A stretch of DNA of 64,000 nt from the IMG/VR virus record IMGVR_UViG_3300033121_002354, positions 1 through 64,000 of that record; one strand, written 5' to 3'. Shown in pieces: positions 56,301 through 64,000 of this stretch (the stretch's first letter is position 1; every line of letters begins with the position of its first letter). The position numbers were made by a program, and so were the translations under genes. Below the pieces are notes generated by a model that worked only from the letters and a program-made list of their open reading frames with translations, did not search any database and was not told where the DNA came from. This stretch comes from a virus. Its lineage: Duplodnaviria; Caudoviricetes.

Positions 56301-56459
56301 AGTGATACAATTTTCATTTCTGGGTCAGATTCCAGCATTGTTTATAGTAGTGACTTAAAGGATTTTTCATTCGAAAAAGACTATCAAAGTATTACAGGAA
56401 ACACTTTAAAACTTTATTCTGTTGACACAACCTCTGTTACAGATGTATTAGAGACATAA
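50340..56459 (+). CDS. 2039-aa Ig/LamG/beta-propeller structural protein
   Basis: LKRGTTYYGQVRAWD FN3-like; two GW.VE.F lectin-like modules; IYVVWEDDRNG and GLSSNHVNDI propeller repeats. Confidence 0.75.
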   Translation: MSTTINNIRINNVDPEIVDVYTKLHPFFSWDFESNAASIAQHAFEIKIGTYNRYVGSELFEGNIVSSVVESTVSSYEYTNYDLKRGTTYYGQVRAWDSEFVLDVDTSQNRKHLSNWLTFSFKVNQLPYVTNAKISPSHPFSSEDLSVSYKYIDADSHEEFGTKIRWYKFGVLQESFNDLQTLPSKNITIGDTWSAKIIPFDGLEYGVPSETNAVEIESSPAEFTTLEILPADPNIHDLLKVNYEFDNSNPYLNPDSVIVDFVWYVNDVEQTETGQTVRLSLAKDDVVKAKLKISYLGSIISESETDEVTISDASWKIFDLKVNGYKEPIGLTDLAPLVTWKVFKSQETSKELPAYFRLLITKTPSLQTPVFDTGAIEYTTNSYQIEDLDRGQTYFVHVGVGDTSSDLLYETIEIVTSGSSWKENVLNNVGWTVEFKFKLVDSADTNFQSVSIHDGTKFCLLSLYKNKIKFFSVDEYEYDIPTENPFTEFQVVRITGFNSDCQLYFNNNLALDLSGKLNSLSQAKRLEFGDMNPAIATSGVWSFFRYSTSGAFNVDTLSDDNDFDFYEVVNIQNGSIEDFKNGFIAWNPDSSSDSSVIFTLNENSKEVVLPTVNRNFSPITSIFIDKNNNKYIASANGIRALYGSKHEPDYFLDTSLGTLTISDFDVISNIEESDLSDVQYFSNDSLYIDTTASNINEYDPSSVSHTIHYLSQRAPGHKWFDNVDNAKGWQVELTFNLLKLEQEPFVEDDLTKDGVGIYINDGAHQETITFSQNSITLQNANIFVNVNASLTRVYRIVGQGNNIKIYQRLASVSAGNEQLLLDGTGLFTETATPAANSRKPKMAVDSDNNYHAVWGDDSGGKGSILYSKFSGGEWGKTEVVVESAAFTLKNPDIYINTDNNIYVVYEDLSYNRPEISVSIKDTVGWNPKIRLTSINSKKNGPKITGDSFGNIYVVWEDDRNGHSELFCAIRNKQLLAWNSSAQFGNDTNIVSYTTKDLNLKNKSVDFRNPSLVFAYPKVYVAFEADFGDSSAIYVSTFDILAKDWFSSGFPQFKTDGTLSGTGTSILVSDLERNCVKPDITTATTSQVVIVWEDRTEKVAQIWGKALFVADDSELTPATQVTHRSVSCRNPVVSSIIPNDSVSIFFESYNKIVSSNEVIDIIGTDEGTKIDYNELGEIFHSSYNGVSGIFFGSATGFDDDVVLTGNDNKAFNPAAVKKSASSSFIITYDYFKNSGDTTLESKEHPEFYLIGDATVTDDTGLNSVSFETNSTSTVSILNTKEFAIGDISDSLSTKMQIKNLKMYFGYSDKPLSVLAINESSAPTWPDDRVFDVFADVTGGILSGTFSGLTYFNTKDSSIKLIPLETGKTNFTITAINYSKNGIWFVGTDTAVYFSVDGGQNWSSQALDYVQEIAMDSNGNAVVVTVSGIYTISINIAQNTVSSLTPRILRTNLRTVAVDENDIIWAGGDDGLIRIDENNSVISFNSSNGLSSNHVNDIVIVNKANRFIATANGINKMSGFAFEAINTSTHDIGSNNILSLAYNSTTKSLWFSALNKLYEMTFRDPGTDRIPDEIEEYDTEISLNESYDKSTYFILDTDLLVSDGTTLEINSESSKVYINKNLIEFGYTIDSKNKSIVFDADIKPDDIVEIQISNKLKVFKDFDQNKIEKEISGEYKTVISKLAITSQGQLLALSNSQNSSLFAHAGTASIPFTITTIDRDKPAACLQLVDQLSKSKFRFKVLASDETTNVDKMIVSIYDNFTSDGETPLDYVPYSQFVVQDIGETLNEFSTSLDIPSTATIGTNEYSVGKGKFLATLTFGQVTYIYAITSSPVIVFRMNTAEEVWTPICAIANGSSDIKVNAVETVSNALYIMTGSSTQSNRGQIYKCADGENFITVGTIGNNANCLTVSQDNTIFFGNDAGTIYSYTNGSLSQSYTGIGATINSLGVIENSLIAATGNSGRLYLISMETGDVSIIYQSKETNISDLLISDTIFISGSDSSIVYSSDLKDFSFEKDYQSITGNTLKLYSVDTTSVTDVLET

Positions 56460-56460
56460 A

Positions 56461-57861
56461 ATGAGCAATACAACACTAATTAGTAACAAAAATTTATTGT
56501 TTAAGAAGACCGATAACGGTTGGGAATTGGTGTTGAAAAATGCCGAAACAATAAACGACGTAATTGATAACAAACTAAACACATTTGGTGGGCTATTTGT
56601 TATCTCTGACGGAAAAGTAATGAAGTGGTCCACTTTCGTTCCTAAAAAGAAAATTTACCTCAAAGTAAAAGATGAGGCTGGTAATGTTAGTGATATTTCT
56701 GATTGTTCTGTGGTAAGTCTTGACCTAAAATCAATTAAAGAATTCAGTCCAAGTTCCAGAATTCTTGACATTGATGAGTACGGCAATGTTGTTTACTCGT
56801 ATGATTCTCCAGAAGATAACACTTTTTATGGTGGAAACCTAATTGACACTGAAGTTGGAGTATATGAATCAGAAGTTTTTAACGGGACTAATGACCTGGT
56901 TTCTTGGAGAACTATTACTTGGACATCTGTAGAACCAGAAAACACAGAACTAAACCTTCAAATACGTTATGGTGACAGTACTGACGATATTTTGGACCAA
57001 GAATGGTCAAGCAATCTAGTAAAAGACATAGACGGATTTGTTGCAATAGATTATGTCCGCAAACAATTTATTCAATTTAGAGCAATTCTAAAATCACGAG
57101 TAAAAGATATAAGTCCGTCTTTGACCTCTGTTACAATAAAGAACTTGACTTCAAGGGCTACTCACTTTTTTACTACAAACTTTGTTCTTTCTTCAAGAGT
57201 TAAATCTGGACTTTTAACAGATAATCACGTAATACCAGTAAATGCAGATATCATATATGGCATAAATACAAAGAACAGTGTAGATTTTTCAGATTATCAA
57301 ATAATTGAACCAAACAGATTGTTTACCACGGATGCCAAACAATTTGGAAACAATCTAAGAATTGGAATAAAAATAATTTCTCCATCGTTGCCATTGCCAG
57401 TTTCAGAAGACCCATATAACAGCATAACACATGTTTGTAACATAGGTTTTAATTTTAAAAATGATACATCCAGTAACAAAACATATGACTTTAGAGTAAG
57501 GTTTTATAACGATGTAAACAGAACACAGTTAACGTATTCATTCTTCTCTGGAAACAACCAGACAGGATGGACATACGGAGTGAATTCCAATTTTCCAAGT
57601 ACTGGACTGCCTATTTCGGCAGGCAGTACAACTGCTGTTTCCTTTGTGCCCGGAAACACACTGGGATCACAGGTTTGGTATTTAGTAATAGATGCTTTTG
57701 ATGGTTCTGATTTTGGTACTGTGAATGACAACTCTTCATATGTATGTTCGAGTTGTACAGATTCTGAGTATGATCCTTATTGCTCTGAGCAACCCAAAGT
57801 AATGAACTTGGCAGTCGTTTTTACCCTGGATTCAGGAGAACAGGTGCAATTAAACATATGA
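56461..57861 (+). CDS. Putative structural protein
   Basis: KVKDEAGN; GVYESEVF...W....P.NT.L..Q.R...QFIQFRAIL...SPSLTSVTI module. Confidence 0.65.
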   Translation: MSNTTLISNKNLLFKKTDNGWELVLKNAETINDVIDNKLNTFGGLFVISDGKVMKWSTFVPKKKIYLKVKDEAGNVSDISDCSVVSLDLKSIKEFSPSSRILDIDEYGNVVYSYDSPEDNTFYGGNLIDTEVGVYESEVFNGTNDLVSWRTITWTSVEPENTELNLQIRYGDSTDDILDQEWSSNLVKDIDGFVAIDYVRKQFIQFRAILKSRVKDISPSLTSVTIKNLTSRATHFFTTNFVLSSRVKSGLLTDNHVIPVNADIIYGINTKNSVDFSDYQIIEPNRLFTTDAKQFGNNLRIGIKIISPSLPLPVSEDPYNSITHVCNIGFNFKNDTSSNKTYDFRVRFYNDVNRTQLTYSFFSGNNQTGWTYGVNSNFPSTGLPISAGSTTAVSFVPGNTLGSQVWYLVIDAFDGSDFGTVNDNSSYVCSSCTDSEYDPYCSEQPKVMNLAVVFTLDSGEQVQLNI

Positions 57862-58076
57862 ACTGGTTAAAGTTATCTCAAACACCAGTCGTTTTTTCTG
57901 GAACGTATCAACAGTGGAATGGTAGAGACGAAATTGGAGAATTAAGCGTTCATATAAATGGAAAACTATACAAATTTCTTCTTCATCCCTCAGAAAAAGC
58001 ACGATTTGAAACACTTTTAAGATACAACAAGGGTCGTGCATTAGCGTATTTGCGTCAGTTTGAAAGAACTCAATAA
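57858..58076 (+). CDS. Small protein with MNWLKLSQ N-terminus
   Basis: 72 aa; overlaps both neighbours. Confidence 0.6.
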   Translation: MNWLKLSQTPVVFSGTYQQWNGRDEIGELSVHINGKLYKFLLHPSEKARFETLLRYNKGRALAYLRQFERTQ

Positions 58077-61000
58077 TGCCCCTTTTTACCGAACAATACC
58101 ATTTGGCAAGTTTTCTCCAAGGAGATGTATATTCTAGTACCCTTGACGCTGCCAGAATGATTTGCTGTGATAACCAACTGTCTCTAATTAGTGACATAAT
58201 TCAAGATGGCGTAATTTCTGGCTGGGAAGTGTCTTCAGAGAATTTTCCAGTAATCACTGTTGCTCCCGGTTCGGGAATGGTAGATGGGTTTTTCGTATCT
58301 ACACAGAACTCTGTTAATTTCACGCTTGAATCTAATACTACATCATACGTATTAATAAAAAGAATTTCTGATCTTACGGTTGCAAATGGATGCGTAAGTG
58401 ACTTGTTACAAATCATTTACACCGATCTTACTGCTCCAGCCTCTCCTTCTGGATTGTCGGCTGTGAACAACTATCTAAACTCAAATGCTCCTTCAAATTC
58501 CATGATTATTGACCTGTCTTGGAATAGTAATTCAGAAACAGACTTTTCTCACTATAACATATATAGAAGTACTAACAATTCTGATTTTGATTTTGTCTCC
58601 GAATCTGAAAGCAGCACTTTTTCGGACTCTTTGTTACAAGAAGATACTACATATTATTACAAAGTGTCTTCGGTAGACACTAGCGGTAACGAGTCTTCTT
58701 TTTCTGCAGCCAGCGTAACCACTCCGATAACAACATTTTTGCCACCGAATCCAAAAAACGTAGTTATCTATCCATCAAATGAATCTATAAGTGTCTGTTG
58801 GGAAGAACCAGCAAACTTTTCTACGGATCTAATCTCGAACTATTTAATCACATATAGTCTTTTAGACACTGATAACTCTGTAATCTCCACCAAATCAATA
58901 TCGGTTAATTCAAGTGCTGTCTGTGAAAAAATAACATTGCTTGAAAATAATCATAAATACCTGATTACTTTATATACAGTTGATACTCAATCAAGACAGT
59001 CAACGGGGCTTACAAGTATTTCGATTCCAACAAATGGACTAAATGACCCCCAAAACGTTTTAGCGTCTAGCTCTGCAACAGAATCAGCAGCAAATGTAAA
59101 GCTCAGTCTTTCATGGACTCCACCAGGAGACGAGTACAGCACAAGCACAAACTTGAAATACAGAATATACACAACCATTGACAAATATGGAACAACCGAA
59201 TCACGCCCTGTAGAAACAACAATTGGGCAGACATCTATTGATTTAAGACTAATAAATTATAGTACTGGATACAGGTCTATTCCTGAGCAGTCTGTTGTTA
59301 CTACGAGAATAACAACTTTGCAGCTAGATGGGAAAGAAAGCAAAGGAATACTTGTAAGAACTAAAATAGGTAAGTACACTACCCCACAAAAAGTAAGGAA
59401 TCCAAATGCGTCTTTTGATTTGAAAAAAATTACTGTTACGTGGGGAAATAACTCTGACACTTACAAAGTAAAAGTAACAACATACAAAAAGCAAGCCAAT
59501 GAGCCTTACAGTGATTATGCGTTTGTTTCTGAGGTTGTATTGCAGAATACCAACGTATTTATTGTTGATACACCAGATCTAGATTTTACTTACAAATTTG
59601 TACTTACACCAATTGATAAATATGGCACAACTGGAGAAAGTTCATCTTTGACCATTGATATACCCGCAGCAACTGAACTGCAGGACATATTAGCACCAAA
59701 CAATTTTGTCGGTTCTGGTTTTGATGGCATTATAAATCTGAAATGGCAGCGTCCTACAGATGAAAACAATTTAATCACCAAATTTCTTGTGTATAGAGCA
59801 CAAGGAGAAGGAGTGTTGGACTTTGCAGAGTTTTCTCTAATAGATGAGCTGTCTCCTAATATAACTCACTATTCTGATTACGGTGTTGATCCCGACCAAA
59901 CATACACATATTTTATAGTTTCAGAAGATTTGTATGGAAGACAATCCTTAAATCCGTCAAATGGATATTACAACATAAATACAGTATCTGTTTCTGCCCC
60001 AATTAGTTCGGGACTAGAACCAGTTGTTGGACACGTATCTTTAGCAGGTAACGATATCGTTCTTGAATGGTCCAATTTGCCAGGTGAAACTTTTGATTCA
60101 TTTGAAATACTCCGCTCCATAGATAACAGAAATAGCTGGATATCTATAGCAACTGTAAACACCGAAGAGTTGACCACTGACTATTCTTATACAGATACCA
60201 ATATTGCCACAACAAATGGACAGAAATTTTATTATGTAATAAGAAAAATAAGTAACAATTCTTCAGTTGTTATTTCTGGAGATTTAACTGAAGAGAACAC
60301 TCTTTTAATAGCAACTGCGATTACAAGTGATTCTTCTGTCACTACCAACAACGATGTAAAAAGAAACTTGGCCAATCTTCATGATCCCATAATTGAAAAA
60401 ACTGATGCATCCCTTCTTCTTCATAGGCATGGTGGTAGCAAGTCATTTGATCCAGAAAAAGTTGATCTAAATTCAAGCTTGATAGTTACCGATTGGACAA
60501 CAACAGATGGAAAAACGTGGAAAACTACAGAAGATATTTCGGAAGGAGAAATATACGACCTTTCTGTAAACAGCGAATTTCCAACCGTAATTTATAAAGT
60601 GTTTTCAGATGAAAGCAAGATTTTGTTTGCTGATCCAATATCAACCACGAGCTTGTTGAAGTTAACAGTATATGGGATTAATGAGGTTTCCAATATACTG
60701 TCTGTTGACAAGTTTGACAATATACATGCAAGACAAATCGCTTTAGGGAGATTGACTCTTGATCAATTGCCAGATCTAGATCATAACGGGGTCACCAAAG
60801 AACCTATTTACCCAATTAGATCTACTCTTAAGATGTATGACACACACACTTATCAATCAAATGCATCAGATAAATTATTTGGTGATGCAACTACTTTTTT
60901 TGCTATTACTGATAAATCGGCAATTGTAGAGGAATTTCAAAGTTTCGATAATTCAACTGTCGGCACAACTGTTTTGTTTAACAATCCAGAAAACGACAGC

Positions 61001-64000
61001 TACACCATTGACAACATTGTTAGTGGATCTTCAGAAGTTACGGTAGAACAAGCATTTGATGGAGATAAATCTTATAAGGTAACAATAAAATTTAAGGATA
61101 CACAGCCCCAACGCTGGGTCAAATTAAACACCTCCGGTTTTAATCCTGTAGTAAATCTAAGCAAGCATCTTGGTTTCAGAATCATGGTGATGAGTGGGTC
61201 TTTTTATCTTGGCATTGGAGTTAGAAAATCAGAAAACGGAGAAACGACACCAGGAAGTGACGGAGGAATTACAAATTCCCAAGGAAAAATAGGGGATATA
61301 GAATTTGTTGGTGTTACGGAAGTAACAGAATATGGCGACCTTTTGGTCCCAAAAGGACAGTACTTGTTGTCTGAAAGACCCGGGTTCTGGAGAGATGTAC
61401 AATTTGATTTTACGGAAAACGTACATGCTTTTACTGGAGATGGAAATTTAAGCACTACAACTGGATATGCAACACTTGAACATCTAGCCATAACCGTTAA
61501 CACCGATGAAGAAATAGTGTTTTTTATAGACTCAATCGAGCAACGTTCAGATATTTTAGCCGGGTCAACAAGCAACGGGCTAATGACATCAGACAATTTT
61601 GGGCAAAGCTGGAGCGTTTTAAGATATACAGAAACGCCAATACACAAATTTTATAAAGCCTCAATTAATGGATTTTTGTGGGGAATTTCGTCCAAAAAGG
61701 TTTATTATTCGTCAAATACAGAACAATGGTTTGAAATCCCCGGCATTGAAAATGTTCACTTTGTTTATGACATCGTTGAAGACGTTGATGGCGATATGTT
61801 TGTTTCTACAGATAAGGGCGTCTTCATTTTAAGAACGGCAACATATTCGGCGTTTTTTGAATTGACAAAAACAAAATATGTAACTTCTTTGTCTTCTTCT
61901 ACTTATGCAATTTGGTATACATATCCATATGTGTATGTAAGTACTGATTTTGGTATTTTTAAGTCACAAGATAAGGGAGAAAAATGGACTGATTCTGGAT
62001 TTTTAAGTGATGATCCAGAACCAATTTTGCAAGTATCACTTCAAGACACAGATTTAATTGCTATAAGCGAAACATCGGTTTACAGAAAACTGTTAAACGA
62101 AAGTAAGTTTGTCTCATTGTCAAATATTACTGAAAGTATTGATACGGTTACATCTTTGTGGAAATTTGACCTTAAAAACAACTCTATATTTGTTTCTACA
62201 AATGATGGTATTTATACAAACGTACTTGATGTTTTGTTTGATCCTACGGTTTTAACGGCAGAATTTGATAGAGTGTTTCCAGAAACTGAAACAAACAATA
62301 TTCCTCAGCCTGCAACTGAAATAAAAAATATAAACAACAACCTATTTATTGCGACAGAAAACAAACTTTTTGTCTCTAATGATACAGTTAATTTAGTCAC
62401 AAATTATCAGTCTAAGGACAGTCCCAGATTTTTTGTAGATGGAAACGAAATAAAAACAAATTACACATATAGCTGTTTTAATAATGTGCTTTCTCTAAAG
62501 ATCGCTCCCGGTCTGCTATCAACAGTAGAGGGTGAACAACTACCAAGAAAGAAATATCAATCATCAACACAATGGGCTCAAAGAGATATTAATGCAGATG
62601 TATTAATTTATCTCAATGGAGTTCCAACTTGGATAGATTTTGCTTTTGACACAACCGATTTTACTCAGAAAGTACAAGATATATTAGACAATCTTTCTGG
62701 AAGTACGGAACCAGAATTGCGTGTCATACAAAGTGGGAACGTTATATTAACTCCCCTAGTAACAACCAAGACTGTTTCTCAGTTTTTGTCTGACTATAGC
62801 TATTTAATATCAACTAACGACAGCATGCCGGTTACAACGTTAAACGGGGCCAACAACACAAATAGGCAACCAAAAACAGTTGATGTATTTAGTATATTAA
62901 GTGTTTCTGATTTGGGTTATACATCTACGCTGTCTTCTTTGATCGACTTTGATTCATTTGTTAGAGCATTTGAAGGTGGATACCTAGAGTCAGAACTGCA
63001 GTCTAAATTATCTACTGCAAAATCAAACGGAGCCGGAACACAATATGATTTAGCAGTTAAAACTGTAATTGACAAATTAAATACTAAAACAAGTTACACA
63101 ATTGATACAAAAGCAGAGATCGAAACAGAGCTTGGTTTTAGTGCCAAAAACAGTACAGGAATAATCATTGATGCAAATCACGGATTGTTTGATTTTACTA
63201 CCTATTTATCAACTAACAAAACCTCGTTTAAAAAAGAAGACAAACTAACAGTATCTATATTCGGATGTACTATAAGCAACATAGGAATAAATTCTCACGA
63301 CCAAATCGAAGACGGTTTTGAGTTTGTAAACAGTGGAATGCATAGTAGCCTAACAGATGTTGTTACGGGCAACTTTATTAAAAACGGAATCTTCTTAGAT
63401 AGACAATTTGGAACACTGGAAGAGAATACTACCAGTTATATCAAAAGTTATTATAAAAGCATCTCTTCGGGGTCTTATGACGTTTTAAATTCTACTGTCG
63501 ATTATGCACTTGTATCTAGCAACAAAGAAGTAGAAATACCAGAAATAGTATTGAGTACACTATGGATTACAGACGAATACCTTGGAAACAGATTGTGGAT
63601 AGGAACAGATGTTGGTATTTTGGAGTACGAATTTGTTAGCGGCAGCCTTAATTACTCTAGACTTATCACAATAAATTCAGAATATGTGTACATAAATCAG
63701 CTTCTGCAACAAAACGATTCTATTCTTGTTTGTACAAACACGACCATTTTTGAAACATTTGATTTTGGGACAACATGGACCGAACTTAATACAAAAAACC
63801 TTCCTTCACAAATTAACAACATTGGAGTTGCCAATGGTACAATAATAGCTGCAACATCTGAAGGTTTGTGGTGGTCGCCAAGTGACCAATTCGGTTTTAG
63901 TAAAGCCGCCCTAACCACATCAAGCAGACTTGCTGGCCAAAACAAAATAGATAGCGAATTGGCTTTCATAGGGAACATAATTAATTTGGAGTGTAATAAT
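58076..64000 (+). CDS. Very large FN3-repeat / BNR-propeller protein (3' partial; absent from ORF track because it runs off the end)
   Basis: TAATG coupling; MPLFTEQYHL...DLTAPASPSGL...LSWNSNSETDFSHYNIYRS; S.D.G..W-like boxes (TSDNFGQSW, SQDKGEKW); frame not checked codon by codon over its whole length. Confidence 0.75.
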   Translation, partial: MPLFTEQYHLASFLQGDVYSSTLDAARMICCDNQLSLISDIIQDGVISGWEVSSENFPVITVAPGSGMVDGFFVSTQNSVNFTLESNTTSYVLIKRISDLTVANGCVSDLLQIIYTDLTAPASPSGLSAVNNYLNSNAPSNSMIIDLSWNSNSETDFSHYNIYRSTNNSDFDFVSESESSTFSDSLLQEDTTYYYKVSSVDTSGNESSFSAASVTTPITTFLPPNPKNVVIYPSNESISVCWEEPANFSTDLISNYLITYSLLDTDNSVISTKSISVNSSAVCEKITLLENNHKYLITLYTVDTQSRQSTGLTSISIPTNGLNDPQNVLASSSATESAANVKLSLSWTPPGDEYSTSTNLKYRIYTTIDKYGTTESRPVETTIGQTSIDLRLINYSTGYRSIPEQSVVTTRITTLQLDGKESKGILVRTKIGKYTTPQKVRNPNASFDLKKITVTWGNNSDTYKVKVTTYKKQANEPYSDYAFVSEVVLQNTNVFIVDTPDLDFTYKFVLTPIDKYGTTGESSSLTIDIPAATELQDILAPNNFVGSGFDGIINLKWQRPTDENNLITKFLVYRAQGEGVLDFAEFSLIDELSPNITHYSDYGVDPDQTYTYFIVSEDLYGRQSLNPSNGYYNINTVSVSAPISSGLEPVVGHVSLAGNDIVLEWSNLPGETFDSFEILRSIDNRNSWISIATVNTEELTTDYSYTDTNIATTNGQKFYYVIRKISNNSSVVISGDLTEENTLLIATAITSDSSVTTNNDVKRNLANLHDPIIEKTDASLLLHRHGGSKSFDPEKVDLNSSLIVTDWTTTDGKTWKTTEDISEGEIYDLSVNSEFPTVIYKVFSDESKILFADPISTTSLLKLTVYGINEVSNILSVDKFDNIHARQIALGRLTLDQLPDLDHNGVTKEPIYPIRSTLKMYDTHTYQSNASDKLFGDATTFFAITDKSAIVEEFQSFDNSTVGTTVLFNNPENDSYTIDNIVSGSSEVTVEQAFDGDKSYKVTIKFKDTQPQRWVKLNTSGFNPVVNLSKHLGFRIMVMSGSFYLGIGVRKSENGETTPGSDGGITNSQGKIGDIEFVGVTEVTEYGDLLVPKGQYLLSERPGFWRDVQFDFTENVHAFTGDGNLSTTTGYATLEHLAITVNTDEEIVFFIDSIEQRSDILAGSTSNGLMTSDNFGQSWSVLRYTETPIHKFYKASINGFLWGISSKKVYYSSNTEQWFEIPGIENVHFVYDIVEDVDGDMFVSTDKGVFILRTATYSAFFELTKTKYVTSLSSSTYAIWYTYPYVYVSTDFGIFKSQDKGEKWTDSGFLSDDPEPILQVSLQDTDLIAISETSVYRKLLNESKFVSLSNITESIDTVTSLWKFDLKNNSIFVSTNDGIYTNVLDVLFDPTVLTAEFDRVFPETETNNIPQPATEIKNINNNLFIATENKLFVSNDTVNLVTNYQSKDSPRFFVDGNEIKTNYTYSCFNNVLSLKIAPGLLSTVEGEQLPRKKYQSSTQWAQRDINADVLIYLNGVPTWIDFAFDTTDFTQKVQDILDNLSGSTEPELRVIQSGNVILTPLVTTKTVSQFLSDYSYLISTNDSMPVTTLNGANNTNRQPKTVDVFSILSVSDLGYTSTLSSLIDFDSFVRAFEGGYLESELQSKLSTAKSNGAGTQYDLAVKTVIDKLNTKTSYTIDTKAEIETELGFSAKNSTGIIIDANHGLFDFTTYLSTNKTSFKKEDKLTVSIFGCTISNIGINSHDQIEDGFEFVNSGMHSSLTDVVTGNFIKNGIFLDRQFGTLEENTTSYIKSYYKSISSGSYDVLNSTVDYALVSSNKEVEIPEIVLSTLWITDEYLGNRLWIGTDVGILEYEFVSGSLNYSRLITINSEYVYINQLLQQNDSILVCTNTTIFETFDFGTTWTELNTKNLPSQINNIGVANGTIIAATSEGLWWSPSDQFGFSKAALTTSSRLAGQNKIDSELAFIGNIINLECNN

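Noticed and set aside
1-64000. Stop-codon reassignment
   Set aside because: Genes up to 2039 aa are intact in the standard code; TAA, TGA and TAG all end genes; no suppressor tRNA in the window.
1-64000. CRISPR array or rRNA
   Set aside because: No regularly spaced repeat-spacer units or rRNA-like sequence seen; the repeats at 39193-39490 are coding.

Overview
AT-rich, gene-dense segment that looks like a large (jumbo-type) tailed phage genome in the standard genetic code. In order it contains: the 3' end of a probable major capsid gene; a LAGLIDADG endonuclease plus DNA methyltransferase pair; a run of small hypothetical genes; an ART-PolyVal-like ADP-ribosyltransferase; two convergent tRNA operons (6 tRNAs on +, 11 on -, plus tRNA relics); accessory genes (E2-like pair, NucS-like nuclease, tandem protein phosphatase); a glycosyltransferase/sulfotransferase block; and about 27 kb of very large Ig/FN3/LamG/beta-propeller proteins, probably structural. 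Main discovery: each tRNA operon is preceded by a short leader ORF absent from the ORF track, embedded in a classic 1:2 / 2:3 / 3:4 attenuator. The amino acids of each leader core match the tRNAs downstream. The minus-strand leader has 20 consecutive residues drawn only from, and covering all of, the 10 amino acids of its tRNA operon. This suggests ribosome-sensed, on-demand expression of phage tRNAs when host tRNAs run short. Other notable items: a tRNA-Ser split at the anticodon by an endonuclease cassette carrying a replacement tRNA-Ser, a tRNA-Asn with a long variable arm, a stand-alone GatB tRNA-binding domain, an odd tRNA-like RNA, and a recurring GTATAAT-N5-start leaderless promoter pattern. 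All calls were made by eye; no searches or folding programs were run.
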